From assembly GCA_028534125.1 (NCBI GenBank), contig CM052817.1, forward strand, positions 89,778,001 through 89,842,000: a DNA stretch of 64,000 nt, written 5' to 3'. Shown piece by piece: positions 26,571 to 40,352 of the stretch; positions within the stretch are counted from its first letter, which is position 1, and each line of letters opens with the position of its first letter. The position numbers were made by a program, and so were the translations under genes. The notes beneath the pieces were generated by a model that saw only the letters and a program-made list of their open reading frames with translations, was not told the origin of the DNA and ran no database searches. This stretch comes from Lama glama (lineage: Eukaryota).

Positions 26571-29299
26571 AACAATTTTATTGACAGTTTAAAAACCATA
26601 AAATGGAAACTGAGTTTTTTTCACACTGCAAAGAAACTCACCATCCAGAATTACTCCAATTCTCTCTCTACAAAGCATAGCATACTATTCTTGTATCTTT
26701 GGAAGATTATTTAAAATTAATTGTCATGATTACACCGTGAACTCATCTAAGTGAATTCAAAGATGCTTTGGCATTTGCTAAAAATATTCAAAACAGACTG
26801 GCGTATATATTATTGCAGTAAACTCTTTTATTTGCTAAATTTTGGGTCACAAATAGTGCAGTAGCTATTTTTTTCTTCCAAGTATGTTTAGCACCCAATT
26901 TTTCTACATTTAAAAGGAAAGGATTTGATTTAAAACTGTATTATTATTTTTAAAGGTAATCTTAACCTTAATTTCTATTTAGTCTGAATGAGAGATGTAT
27001 ATGTCAAGAAAGTTACCCATCTTCATTCTATAAATAAAAGGGAATAATACAACTATAATAGAATAAATGCCAGAAGATGTTGCTTTCAAAAACAGTACAT
27101 TACTAATTGACCTTTTTCTGCATTTACCATACTATTTATCATTTCAGCAGTTAGCTATCTTTCTGACAAGTGAATTTCTTCAAAATGTATGTGACATTTA
27201 ACTGGATAGAGCTATTTGTCATTGAATAATTTAATGTCATTTCTTATTGCTTCAGTTTAAATGGCTGATCTAATTTTTATTTGCAATGTACAATTTAGAT
27301 GACTCATATTATATTGGTTAATGTCTAAATACTTTAAAAATTTAGATAAATGTGCTTTTCAGTTGTCAACATAATCGAATGAGGCATATGGGAATGAAAT
27401 TAAACAGTTGATTACATCCCATGATAGAATACATTTACTTTATTCTCTCCCTTCCATCTTGCTTACTCATATCCTCTCTAAATTTTTATACTTCCAGATA
27501 CATAATAGTTTCATGAAATTATCACTTGAACTTCTTGGATTGATACCCTTATTTTCTGTTTTGCATTATTCTAAGTTCTAGGGTTTATGTTTACTTTCTT
27601 TCATCTTCTGCATTCAATTACACCTCCTTTCTGGATTGCCCTGAATTGAATTTCAGCATTCACTATGAAAGCTGTAGATAACACTTATTTATCTACCTTT
27701 TACTCCCTACAATTTTCATGGCTTATTAAATATTTATATCTACTAATAGATAACTTATTTATGTCTATCAGCTTCTACTGACATTAACTTCTTCAATACT
27801 TTTCAATATTTTATATAGTAATTTTTTGAAGATAACCACATCTTTATCACCCTTTTCTAATGTATTTGCCATTAAATATAGTTTTGAAAATTGTAGATAA
27901 ATTGCCACAGTACTAAAAGTGTGTGTGTGTGAGAGAGAGAAAGAGAAAGAAATTACTGAATAAATCTGGTTAATCCATTCTGTTCTGCACAGAGAATGAT
28001 GTTGTAAGTTATCTTAATACTAAACATGATACTAATCCATTTATTTACTCTTTTATACTTTGCTTATACCTAGTAACAGTCAGGAAAAATTATAAACTTC
28101 CAAGGCCTCATTACATTCTTCTTTTAATTTTTTCTTTTTTGGAAGAGTGGCTTTTAATGGCCACTCCCACTACATCAAGTCATCATTGGCTACTAATATG
28201 AAATATGTCTGTGACTCCCAAACATGATCTGCTATTTGTCTTTCCTCAGTCTTCACCACTATTAAACTGCAGCACAAAGAACTATACCCTTCATACAGGG
28301 TTTAATGTTTATCCTCAGACTCTCTATCCATTCAACCTCTTATTTTTCTCCTCATATTAGTGAATATTTGTAGTCACATACATTGAGAAAAATATTATTT
28401 GGTAAGGTTCTATCTTCTTCCACAAAGGAAGAGAAATGACTTGCAAAAAATATTTATGTGATATATGTGCATTTCACAAAGCACAAAAGCATAGAAATAG
28501 AAATGCTAAGTTGGATCAAAGAAAAGATAAGTTGCTAAGCTAAGTTGCAAACTTATTTCTGATTTCCTGAAAGTCAATATGAAAAAAAATATTCTATTAG
28601 TTAGTGGCTGCATAACCTAGTGGTTAACAATACAGACTTTGCCCTTAGAAATGTCCACTGATGATCAATAAAGTTTCATATATTTTTTAATTCTATTTTT
28701 TATGCCATTAAAAACTCATGGACTTTTTGTGTATATGAATCGAAATCCCTTTAGTAATTATTCACTTTCATTTTGCTGTAATTAGCCTATTTTAGGTTAG
28801 CAGGAATATCATAAAATTTGGTACTTTTCTTTCCTTTGTAACTGGGCTTTTCTTTGCACATCTTCGTGTTGGGTTACTTATATTTTCTTCTTAATTTATA
28901 GGCTCTCCTCATCCATTAAAATTATTAAATTTTTATGTTTAAATGAAAACATATTTTCCAGTTTGTCAAATCTTATTTTTATTTTTGTATACCTTTCTTA
29001 GGGCATTTCATCCCATGCGAATATCTTTTTTATGTTCTACGTTGTCAAGTTTATCCATGTTTTCTTTATTTTCTTCAAGTAAAATAAAAGTTATGGTTAG
29101 AAAAATTCTCCCTATTCCTAGGTTGTAAACAATTGCACCGTATTAATTTCTTTAATACCCGTATATTTACTTTTTAATCTCTGATCTATTTGAAATTTAT
29201 CTCAACAGATTTGATGAGGAATGTATACAGTTTTCTCTTTACCGTATGGCCACTTACTGCTTCTAAAATTATTTATTAGTGAAAAAATAGATCATAGCA

Positions 29300-30418
29300 C
29301 AAGTTAAATACTAAGATCTAGTAGGTGCTAGGACCTTCCTACAGGACGTAATATTTATTTTCCTGAATCTGCAAACAATACAGGTTACCATTTCTCTTTT
29401 AGTTGGAAAACTTAGGTCTGAGAACCAAGAGATGGAAAAGATAGTAGTTCCTCTTGCCTGTATTTTGAGTTGCTCTTCACATTTATTTTCCCCTGTTTTT
29501 ATACTTTCAGTATACTTTTATACTTTGTTATTTTAGAGATCTATTTATAATGGAATACAGTTTCTACCTAGGGACACAATAGTGGTTCCATTTAACTGCA
29601 AGTCAAGTATGCCATCTTAGCTATTTGAGCTTTTTTGAGTGTGTGAACCAAGGGTCAGAGAAGAGTTTGCTATACTGGCATGGGTGATCAATCCTTATTA
29701 TCAAGAGGATTTGCAGTTTCTGCTACATAATGGGGGAAAGGAGAATGGATGGATTCTAGAGAATTCTCTAGGGTATTTTTGGTACTCTACATCCAATGTT
29801 AAAGCTAGTGAAAATTATGTCAGCTCAATACATGCAGGAGTACTAAATCTCACCAATTTTACAAATAAGGGTTTTGAGTCACCCTATCAAGCACAGAGCC
29901 CTGAGTTGGTATTTTGCTGAGAACAAAGGAAGATATATAAAGGTTAGTGAGTAGAGGAAGTCATAAACCACCACAGAATCATTACAAGAACTGCTGCAAT
30001 GTCCAAATTCAGGGTACTATTCTGGCACCACTCACACTGAATTCTATGTATATGGGACACACTTGGAACCCAAAACTAGTCATAGAACATAGTGTGAAAA
30101 GTAACCCCTGAATGATAATTTTCTAACAAGGAATGTGACAATGACACAATTTTCTTCCTTGTTCTATACCATGTATACGCCATGGTGGTAGCAATAAAAA
30201 TTAAATTTATAGGTTTAGGAAGGTAACAGTTTGAGACTGAACCTGAACTACTGGAAAATGATTACCACTGAAAGGTGAAGGCATTCTTGTGAGGAGAAAC
30301 TGAACCATCTCTGTAGGGCAGATAGTTACATTATGTTAGGTATGCGTATATTACTTTTGCCATTTCTGCTGCCTATTAACTTTGTAGAGTTCCCTAATGA
30401 GTGAATTTGGGCATATCT
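29300..30418 (+). mobile_element. ERVL/MaLR internal 3' region with dUTPase-like remnant
   Basis: 29669-29750 translates AILAWVINPYYQEDLQFLLHNGGKE, resembling the ERVL 'VLAGVIDPDYQGEIGLLLHNGGKE' motif. It is followed by a non-coding 3' region leading into an LTR. Confidence 0.75.
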
Positions 30419-30883
30419 TGTGGAATGGTTCATTCAAAAACTATTCCAATGCCTTCCAGTGTTGCAGATTCTGGAATGCTGATCTCTAGCCTTCTCAGAT
30501 TCCCATGTAGCCAGGGTCCTGCATATCACGCAGATATTCTCAGTGGGGCATTTGGCTGTAAAAGAGTTAAGTGTGAAGGAAAGCAGGATATTAAGCATTG
30601 CTTTGCTGGCATGGATAGCGGTAGGTAGAAGCAGCATGGTTCTGCTTTCAGCACATGTCAGAAGATTTCACACCTTTCTGCAGGGGGTATGTAAGCTTTA
30701 ACCATCCTGGAGATACAGAGTGACACTAGGGTCTGAAAGCTATTTCTGAAGGAATGAAATATAGCCTATGATTCTGGCCTTCCAACAATTCTATAAGAGG
30801 CCTAATATGTGACACTAAATATCTTTAGGCTTAAACTAGTGATTATTATTGCTGCTATGTGCTCCTGAACCCTGAGTAAAACA
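30419..30883 (+). mobile_element. Old ERVL-class LTR (LTR33/LTR16-like), probable 3' LTR of the preceding internal fragment
   Basis: Starts TGTGG, contains 'ttctcagattcccatgtagccagggt' and ends 'gaaccctgagtaaaaca'. Confidence 0.55.
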
Positions 30884-31334
30884 GATAGTGGTTTCTCTTT
30901 ATGAAAACCGTAGTCTTTGCCCAAATCATTATCTTTTAGAGATACCATACCAAGCTTTACAATTAAGCAAAGAAAGAAAAAAGTGGACTATTGAATTCTA
31001 ATTTAAAAGAAGAATAAAATATAGTAACTATTGGAAACTGATATCTAGTAAAGAACTGCAGTATGCAATAAATATTCACTAAAACTATGTCATAATGGCA
31101 TGATGATTAGAATACTTTTATTAAAGCAAAGGATGTATTACTTGTACAGCATATTATTATTTTGCTAGTTAGTGGTAACAGACCAATAAGGTTGCTCAGC
31201 CAAAAACTGTTGTTACAACTTATTAGTGTCAAGTCATTTTTTTCTTTTCCAAATTCTTAATTTTTATCTCCCAAGAAACCCCTGATAACTTACTTCTCCC
31301 GCCATAGATTCCTAGTTGATATAAGAGTTGGTTG

Positions 31335-31830
31335 TACTGTGACAACATGGATGAACCTTGAGGGCACTATGTCAAGTGGAAAAAAGCCAGACAGAGAAAG
31401 ATAAATACCATATGATCTCATTTATATGTGGAATCTTAAAAAAAAAATTGATAATGAAAAGCCAAGCTCATAGATACAGAGAACAGATTGGTAGTTGTCA
31501 GAGGCAGGGGATGGGGTGGATAGGTGAAATGGCTGAATGCAGTCAAAAGGTACAAATTTCCAGGCATGAAATAAATAAGTCATGGTGATATAATGTACAG
31601 CAGTAAAGATACTGTATTGCATATTTGAAAGTTGCTAAGAGAGTAAATCTTAAAAGTTCTCATCATAAGAAAAGAAATTCTGTGACTGTATGGTGAGAGA
31701 TATTAATTAGACTCATTGCTGTAATCATTTTGCAATATATACAAATATTGAATTATTATTTTGTATACCTGAAACTAATATAATGTCGTATGTCAGTTAT
31801 ACCTCAATAAAAATTAAATTAAAATAATTG
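31335..31830 (+). mobile_element. L1MA-type 3' end
   Basis: 'acaacatggatgaaccttgagggca...gttgctaagagagtaaatcttaaaagttctcatca...acctcaataaaa'. Confidence 0.92.
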
Positions 31831-32019
31831 GATGTAAATTTGTAGTATTTTACCTCTTAACTAACATTTTATGAACCAGATTTTCCCAATGTAAAAGGCA
31901 AAACATTGTCATGAAGGAAAACAAAATCAAGCAACCAAATGTCCCCTGAAAATCATGGATCTTTGCAAGGTATTTATAACATATTCATTGCATAACTGAA
32001 GCATTCTATGTAGGTTTTA

Positions 32020-32950
32020 AAATGACAACCTACCTTAGAAAATACTTATTTGGTGGTAAGTTGTTCATTCTTTCCAGGGCTGATAATTCAGCCACTATTC
32101 ACCAGTACTGGTATTTATCCTAGATACTAAATGCTACCCTAGTTGTTATTTTGAATAGCCCCCTGATCCTTTCCAACAGAACCAACCTACTACCCATGAT
32201 AATACGATCTATTATGATTACAGCTCACGGTTTCACTTTTAACAAATCCATATTCCAGAGAAACTTAAACTCTGGAGTCTTCAAAAACACAGAACACTTT
32301 AATAGGCAAGGTTTTAATGATCCCACTTTCTAAATTTATATGGGCTAGTTTCAATTTTCTTCCAAGGATTCATCATATTTTTACTCCATAAATTCCCAAC
32401 AATCCAGTCCTCAGCCCAGCAGTTGATGCCCAACCCATCAACATAAACAAAACGGACTTTGAATAATATTCAACTAAGATATCACTAGTGAAATTATCCA
32501 CCTTGAGCTTGATATCATAAATCGGTTGAAGAAAAAACTGACAGACTTTAGCAACCATGTTCTCACTCAGTCAAGAATGTCATACTCTCCAGTGCTCCAG
32601 AGGATACAGTTTTATATTTTGGGTGATATGAACTCATGGAGTATTCCACACTGACTAAACTTGTTAATACTCCTGAGCCTTGCCTAGGTCTCTCCAGGAA
32701 TATTGTAGATATGGATAGCTCATCACTTCTTCTCAGGAGTCCAGGCCACCAGTTGATGACTTGTTGCACAAACAGAAAGAAGTGTCACACCTTTCCTTTT
32801 GATGTTGACCTGATCTGCTATGCTATGGCCCTGGTGCTACAGTGAGCATGACATATGCCAGGGTATGTGCCAGAAATACAAACAAGAGCAACAGTCATCG
32901 GGTCCAGAACAGATCTTTCCCCAGATACCACTCAGACTCACACTACTCTC
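32020..32950 (-). mobile_element. Highly decayed ERVL-type gag fragment
   Basis: The minus strand shows a PWH motif near the 5' end (~32860) and GRKLKL (~32360), resembling ERVL gag GRNIKL. The composition looks coding-derived but has many disruptions. Confidence 0.5.
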
Positions 32951-35900
32951 AAGTTATTTTTTTGCATGATAAAAATACCATATTAGGGAAATGGTATAGG
33001 AAATTCTAAAAACCAGGTAGCTACATATACTCTGAAATGAGTTTAATATATAACAGCCAAATTTAATACTACAAATTTAATATTTCTGACTTCAAGCACA
33101 ATATCAAGGAAAAATAGAAAACAAAAATCACCCTGCAAATTGTCCAAAAGGTGCTTGGAAACTGCAAGAGTTGTTCATACTTTTTATTCACAGGCATAAC
33201 CTCATAGGAATCCTCTAAAACTTGAATCTGCTAATATTTTGACATGTATTTTAAATTCAGACAAACCATTTTAAATGGTTCTCTATTCCATCTATAATAC
33301 AAGGTAATGCATCAGCATTCTACCATGTTGATTACATTTTAGTTTCTCCTTCCTTAATCTTAAGAATTATAGAAGAGAAAAAACACTGAAAGCCATTCAC
33401 ATAAAAATATTTCATAGCATATTACTAGATTTATACAACATTTTCATGGACTTTCAGGGTTAAAAGTAAAAATCAAAATTAGTTTAGCTGTATGATGAAA
33501 AGGTAAGACAAAGTGCAAAACTAGAGTATTTCACATCTCATCCTTGTAATTGTACTAAATCCATACACACATCTATGCTGTTTTGTTTATCTTCACTATG
33601 AGTTAAATAATAATACAGATATCTCCTGAAGTGCAATGAGGAATAATTAACAGAAAGGACTCCCTGAAGATTAACAATGTGGCCTAGGTTCCTAGCTAAA
33701 GTTACATAAACACTGTATAGAAGGAAAGCTCATAAATCTATCATACATACTTTATACTGGACGACATAGTCATCTGGGAAGATGCAGGAGATTTATTGCT
33801 CAAGTACTGCTGTTATATGTAGTTCTCTCTGTGTTTTTCACATCTCAGTAGTTTTGTCTGGAAAGTTGTTTCAATCATAGTTTCTCATCCATTATCATTA
33901 ACAGATTTCTAAGTTATGATCTAAATCATCTGTATTAGTCATTTATTACATCATTCACTCAGTGGACAGTATTTTTTATTGCTTTGAAATATAAAAATGT
34001 ATATAATGGCTTTAAGCTCTAAGTGTTTTACTTACATTCTTTCAAAATCTGCTCAATTTCCCTATTTGTATGTTATTATTGTTAGTGTTTTCCTGGTTTC
34101 AAAATTGACAGATAAATTTATAAAAATCATACACTTGATGAATGTTCTTGATAAAATGGAACTTTAACTTCCCTTAAGATTTTACTTTCTATAAATGACT
34201 CAAGAATAATATAATTCCTATTAATTAGTATTCAAAACTTTTTAGTTATAGTTTTCACTTTATGGATTTACCTTATTTTGAAAAGAATGAAAATACCCAG
34301 AATAAATAGAAGTCTTTTCTGCTTATCTTTTACTTACTGATTCCTTTTATTGTATCACTCGTAGTAGAATTAAATGCTTAAAGACTGATTTAGGGTAAAC
34401 CTAGGAACCAGTAGGTAGCTGGCAGAAATGACTGCTAATTCTATTGAAAAATAAATGTATTAGGGATTTTACTCTGGTTTATAAGCACATCAATTTTCTT
34501 ACATTTGTATCTTTTTAAAATTTATACTAACACGCTTAAGTCTGCTAATAACCACAGAGAAAAAAGACAATTTTAAGAGTTTGAAGATTTTTATAAACTT
34601 GTATTAAAACATAAACCCATTTCTAGAGTGACAAATGAATATATCTGCACACACCACATCTTGTATTTCATTATTTGTTTCCTGTTTGCTGACTAGAAAG
34701 ATAACTCCTCTCTCCTACAATCATAAAGAAAGGATCACCTGTGTCTTATGAGTAGGAACAATAATACAGTCTATATCTTGGGAAAGGGCCTATGATGCAT
34801 GATTTGAAAATGGGGGTCTTTAAGATCTGAAATGTGGTTGGGTAAAGTGGAGGACATCACTTTACATGTCACTGAGGACTGACTCAAACAGAGCTTGATA
34901 ATTTATTGCATTACTCTCTCCCAGATAGGATTACACTTTGTGGAACAAAGATTAATATAAGATAATTCCTAATTTCAAGGAATTTATTATTTGATAATCC
35001 ATGTACCCAGATCTCACAATAGATTAACTCATTGATTATCATCAGAATACATAAATTGAGAACTACAGATGAGAATGTGATTTTGTTTTTCTGTTCATGT
35101 GGCGGACATCAGGGAAAACTTTAGATAAACTTCAATAACTTTGAAAGATGAATTAGATTTTGGCAGAGAAAAGACATTCCAGGTAGAAGACTCAGCATGA
35201 AAACGAATAAAAGATATTGTCTACAAAGAAATTTGGTCACAGGTGTCTAATATAGCAGCAATCAGAATAATGAACATGGATATATTTCTGGGAAAATGTG
35301 CATTTTATCTTATTTTCTAAATTAAATTTATAAAGTTAAAAGGTACAAAAGGCCTACTGTGAAATGCAGGCCTCTTTTCTTTATATCCCAAGTCAGAGAA
35401 CAGAGTCACAATGTTCCTATATAGCTTTCCAACACCCTTTGTGCACATAAACATACACATGATCAATTCTTGTTTTAACTTTTACACAAACAGTAGCATA
35501 AGACATGTTATTCTCTTTTGTGATTTTAAAAATAGTATCTCTCTGGAATTATTCCTTATCAGTTACATTCTTCTGAAATCTATGTAAAAATGAAAGTTGA
35601 GTTGACTAGTTTCAGCAAAGTAATGACAGTTACAGGCTGACTGCAAGGATCTGTAGAGTGCATTTTTTATCAGAAAGTGGAGACATCTTGTGTAGAATAC
35701 TATCAATTAGTGGTGGTGAAAAGAAGAGGCAAAATGAGACAACTGCTCAAAGGGCTATTTTAGAAGATAGCAAATATAACAGAACTAAATCAGCTTTGCT
35801 GGTAGAAAGGCTTCTATTCAATTCCAGATTTCAATGCTTATTAAGTCAATGACTTTGGTATAGTTACCTTTCTTGAGCTTTAGTTATCACATTTGTACAA

Positions 35901-36149
35901 TGGAGAATAATAATAACTAATTCCCAGAATCTTTGTAACATCTAAATGAATGTTCAGTTCCTGGTCAATAACATGCATTTTATGGTACTTCATCATTATT
36001 TACTAATTATACATCATTTTAAAACAAAAGCCTACATTGCTAATGTCTCATAATTATATATATGCTATGCTTGTGCTAAGTTTTTAATATTGTTTTATAT
36101 ATGTAATTATTTAATATTTTGAGTTATATAAAGTAGAATACAGCGATTC

Positions 36150-36556
36150 CTGGTTTCACTAGGGTGGTGTTAGCTGCTGGAACAAGTAAACTCCAAAATA
36201 CCAGCGGCTTCATACAACAGTTTATTTGTCACTTATAAAATAGCCCAATGAAGCCCAATGCTCATGGTTACTGAGTGGCTTTCCCCTACATAATGACTCA
36301 GAGAATCAGGTCATTAACATCTTGTGACTCTCCAGTCTTCTAGGGCTTAGAGTCCTCTGCCTATAGACAGTAGAAGCCTGGAGAAGCCACATCAGCTCCT
36401 TAAATTCTTTCTTTAGAAAAGGATGCTCATTTCTGTTCATATTTTCACATGGTTACAAATGCATGTGAGAAGCCTAGTTGTCTTTCAATGACACTCTGCA
36501 CTCTCTTGGAAGGAGGACCATAAATTTTCTTCAATAGCTAGCTATTTTTGTCACAT
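36150..36556 (-). mobile_element. Old MLT1 (J/K-like) LTR
   Basis: 'ttagctgctggaacaagtaaactccaaaataccagcggctt...tttatttgtcactt...tgactcagagaatcagg'. Confidence 0.6.
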
Positions 36557-38639
36557 TCGTCCAGTAGTATCATTCACAAAGAAACTTAAGACCCAACAAC
36601 TGTTGGTTCAACAGAGATATTTACTGATTTCTTACAGTATTTCCTTGATCTAATGTTTTTGGTAATGCAATGGGTAGAATTTCATTAAACTGTGGACAGT
36701 ATAAAAGGGGAAAATATTAGATTACTGTACTAGGCAAACAATAATGTTGGCCAATATATTTACATTTAATTATAGGATATGGAATTTCATTTTTCCTTTT
36801 AAAAAATATTTAGTGTTAAAGAATTATAATAATCTATGACATTGTTAAGAAGATCTATGATTTTGGTGCTGAGTCTTCATTTAGGAATTTAGCACCTCAT
36901 TTGCATACATCATGATAATGAAAAAGCATTATTCTTTTTTATGCTGTCTGCAGAATAAACAGTAGAAAAATGAGAATTGCCTGTGCTGCATGAGTCACAG
37001 CGTAACAGTGCACAATACAATCCAAAAAGAGGATGTTTAATATTTTGAAAGCTGTATTTTCAGAATTTGTCCCAAAGTTCCCCATTAATCAGCATAAATA
37101 TTTTTCTAAGTATACATCTGAAGGCCTTTGCATCTTTACATCTTCATTCAATTACTGAGACAGCAGGAAAATTATGCTTTACATGTACAAAATATTGCTA
37201 AGTTATTCAAAGAAGATACCATGAAGCTATTTAAAGAGGATACTATGACATAGAAAAAAATCTTTTATGCAGATGTGTCAATCTTTGATATCTTATCACT
37301 ATATCATGTTTTTTATCAGGAAGATGAAATTGTTTTCAAATCCTGGTTGAATAAAATGAAAAAAGAATATTGTATAAACAGAAAGACTTCTTCATTTGAC
37401 CACCAACTGAACACCTACTATGTGCCAGGCACTTTTTTGGACACCAGTGACACAGCAGGGACCAAAATACATGAGTTCCCCAATTGCCCGTTTCTCCTTT
37501 ATTTTATAAACTTGAAATTCTTTCTTTAAGTAACAAACTAAGAAATACTACACATAATCAGACAGCTATTTTTGATGAATGGATTTGCTTGGGTGCCTAC
37601 TTTGAACATCAGAACTTTCACCAGCAGTGAAAACACAGATGAATAACATTTGTTAGAATAGCTACAAATGCCAGTGGAGAGATTTCACTAGACGGTGACA
37701 GCCAACACTGCCTTACACAAGTGGAAAAAGGAGAGAGAGATGAAGCAGGTTTGTGAAACTGGCTCTCAGAAAATATCCTTAAACATACTATGCTTTCAAG
37801 TCCTAGGACTTTCAGAAATACTTATTGTGAACTTTAAAAAAAAAAACTGTAGGACATTATGACTCTTCTGGTTATAAGAAATTACCAGTTGCTAAATATA
37901 TAATATTTAGAATTATTTTCCTTTGAAAAAATTGCCTCCTGATATATGGTGGATAATGTATTTAGAAGTTGACAGAGTTGGTGCCAGGTTTCTGGTGGAG
38001 AATTTAGTCAAGACATGTGTACCTCTCTATAAAGTAATCTTGGCTTTTTGAGTCATGAGTTATACTATTTGGGTCATAATTCAAAATTATTAGGCAATTT
38101 AAAAGAAAATAATCCTTTAGCAAAAACCAATTTTGAGGAGATAAGTCAGTTTTTAATGTTGGTAACATAAGGGCTTAATATATTTTTAGTAACTGGAAGA
38201 CTGGTTGATTGAAAGATACTATAATTTCTACAAAATTCATGGTAAGTATTAAAAAATCTTCCAACTGTGCCTTGCTTATACTTAATACATACTATTGAAA
38301 CATCTTTTATGAGTAAAAAGGTCATGAATTTTTTCATTTACATATTATGCTATTGCTTATGCATTCTATTCCATTGCTCACTGGTAAACTGTAAGTTTAT
38401 GTGCCTGTGTGAATAATAAACAAGTGATATTTAACTATAAAATGATATTATACATATTGAAAAATATCCATTTGTTTGGTTTATACATCTATCTTAACAA
38501 AGCAATTTATGTATTTTATTGTGGCTTTTTTTTACCCATATCAACAACATTCTGCATCATTTGAAAACATCACTAATAAAACAAAAAGGGAATATCATTA
38601 TAGGATTAATACCTGAAGTGCTATACTCCATAGTTGGCG

Positions 38640-38770
38640 CCCTTTCTATTTTAAGTGTGGTCCACAAATTAGCAGCATTAATATCACCTGGGAGCATATG
38701 AAAATCAAAATATGAAGTTTAATAAGATCTTAAGGTGACTATATGATCTTTAAAATTTGAGTTATCTAGT
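38640..38770. mobile_element. MER5A1-like hAT MITE
   Basis: 'aagtgtggtccacaaattagcagcattaatatcacctgggagc...tttaataagatc...aggtgact...aaaatttgag'. Confidence 0.7.
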
Positions 38771-39845
38771 CTATGCAATAGCCTTTCTGCTTCCTCTTTG
38801 CTAACAGGACCCATATTTTGTCCACGTTTTGGGTGGTCATGCTAATCTTGATCCCTTCCCAGTCCAGGGCGACAAAGGTTGATACACAAAACAAGGATAT
38901 AGCTGTTCTTATGCTTTAGATACTTGTTTTCATCAATGTCTGCAATGGCCACTACCCTTTGGGGACTGTGAAAAGAAGACAAGGGAATAGCAGAGAAGCT
39001 GAGCTACGGTCTTTAAGACCTAGAGTTCTTTCATTCAGCTCAGGAACCCCTCTGCTGCTAGCCTGCTTGTTAATGAGATAATGAACACTTATTTGTTGAC
39101 TCACTTTCAGTTGGCCTGTTACTTATCCAAACAGACATATTAACTTAAAAAATCATAGGAAGTAGTAGCTTAATTAGCCACATTATGTCATTAAAGTCTG
39201 CACCTTCTAAATCCACAGATAGGGTAATTTTTGTGGATTTGTGTTAGGGAATTACATAAAGATCCTGAAAGATTCACAAAGAAATGGAAGCCTCTAAATC
39301 AGAAGATTCACTTGCTGGGTTAAGACTGAACTAGAGATTCAATTTAAATTTCCCTACATGGATTTTCCTGCTATTTAAAGATTAAAATGATTGGTTTTCT
39401 ACATTCTGCTGTATAAACTTGGAAAAAAGAGCGAAACAGCAGCCCAAATTTAGATCATGTTAGTTTGATCAAATAGGTATTTTCAGTTTTTAGTGACTTC
39501 CCTAAATAGCTTATCATCATTTAATTACTGCCACATTAACTTTTTATAAAAATCATTCTGGGAAAGCTCAATTTAAGAGCAAAACTAGGGCTTACCTTCT
39601 TTTACTGTACACAGTAGATTAGGGTTTTTCATTAGAAATATGTTTTCATTAGATGTATGTCCATCAGACAGGTAGAATATAAATTTGACTGGACAGTACT
39701 GATCTAACTATTGTGCAAGGGCTTTAGGATGTATATTTTATTCAAGAAAACTTCATATATTTTTAGCACTAGGCCATTGCATTTTCACTTATTGTTCATA
39801 TGTGTATCATACTTCTTTAGTTAGAATAATTACTATTTATAAAAG

Positions 39846-40352
39846 TGTGGCAGATGGCATTTTCCAAAATCTGCCCCAGTATTATTTCTAGTCCCAAGTG
39901 CTATTACAGAACACTGTCACTTCCCTTCAAGAGGTACAGTTCATTTCTTCTTCCCTTGAACTAAGGTGTGCTTGTAACTGCTCTAACCAATAGACTGTGG
40001 AGGCAGTGATCCTCTGTAACCTGTTAGGCCATGTCAGCAGAAGGACATGGCCTCTATTTGGCTCTCCCTTTTTCTTGGCATGCTTACCTCAGGAATTCAG
40101 CCACTTACTGTAAAGAAGCCCAGACTACCTAGAGAGGCCACAGGTAGGTCTTGAACAATAGCCAGCCTCAACTACCAGAAAAGTAAGTGAATGAGCCTTC
40201 AGCTGATTTCAGTCCTCAGCTAAGCCTTCTTGTCCTCTGACTAAAGCCCCAGACACTTTGGAGTCCAATCCATTGGAGTGTACCCTGACTGAATTCCTAA
40301 CCAACAGAATCTGTGAACATAATAAATGGATGTTTTGTGCCTTTAAATTTTG
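39846..40352 (+). mobile_element. MLT1F-like MaLR LTR
   Basis: 'tgtggcagatggcattttccaaaat...ttcccttgaac...gaattcctaaccaacagaatctgtgaacataataaatgg'. Confidence 0.82.
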
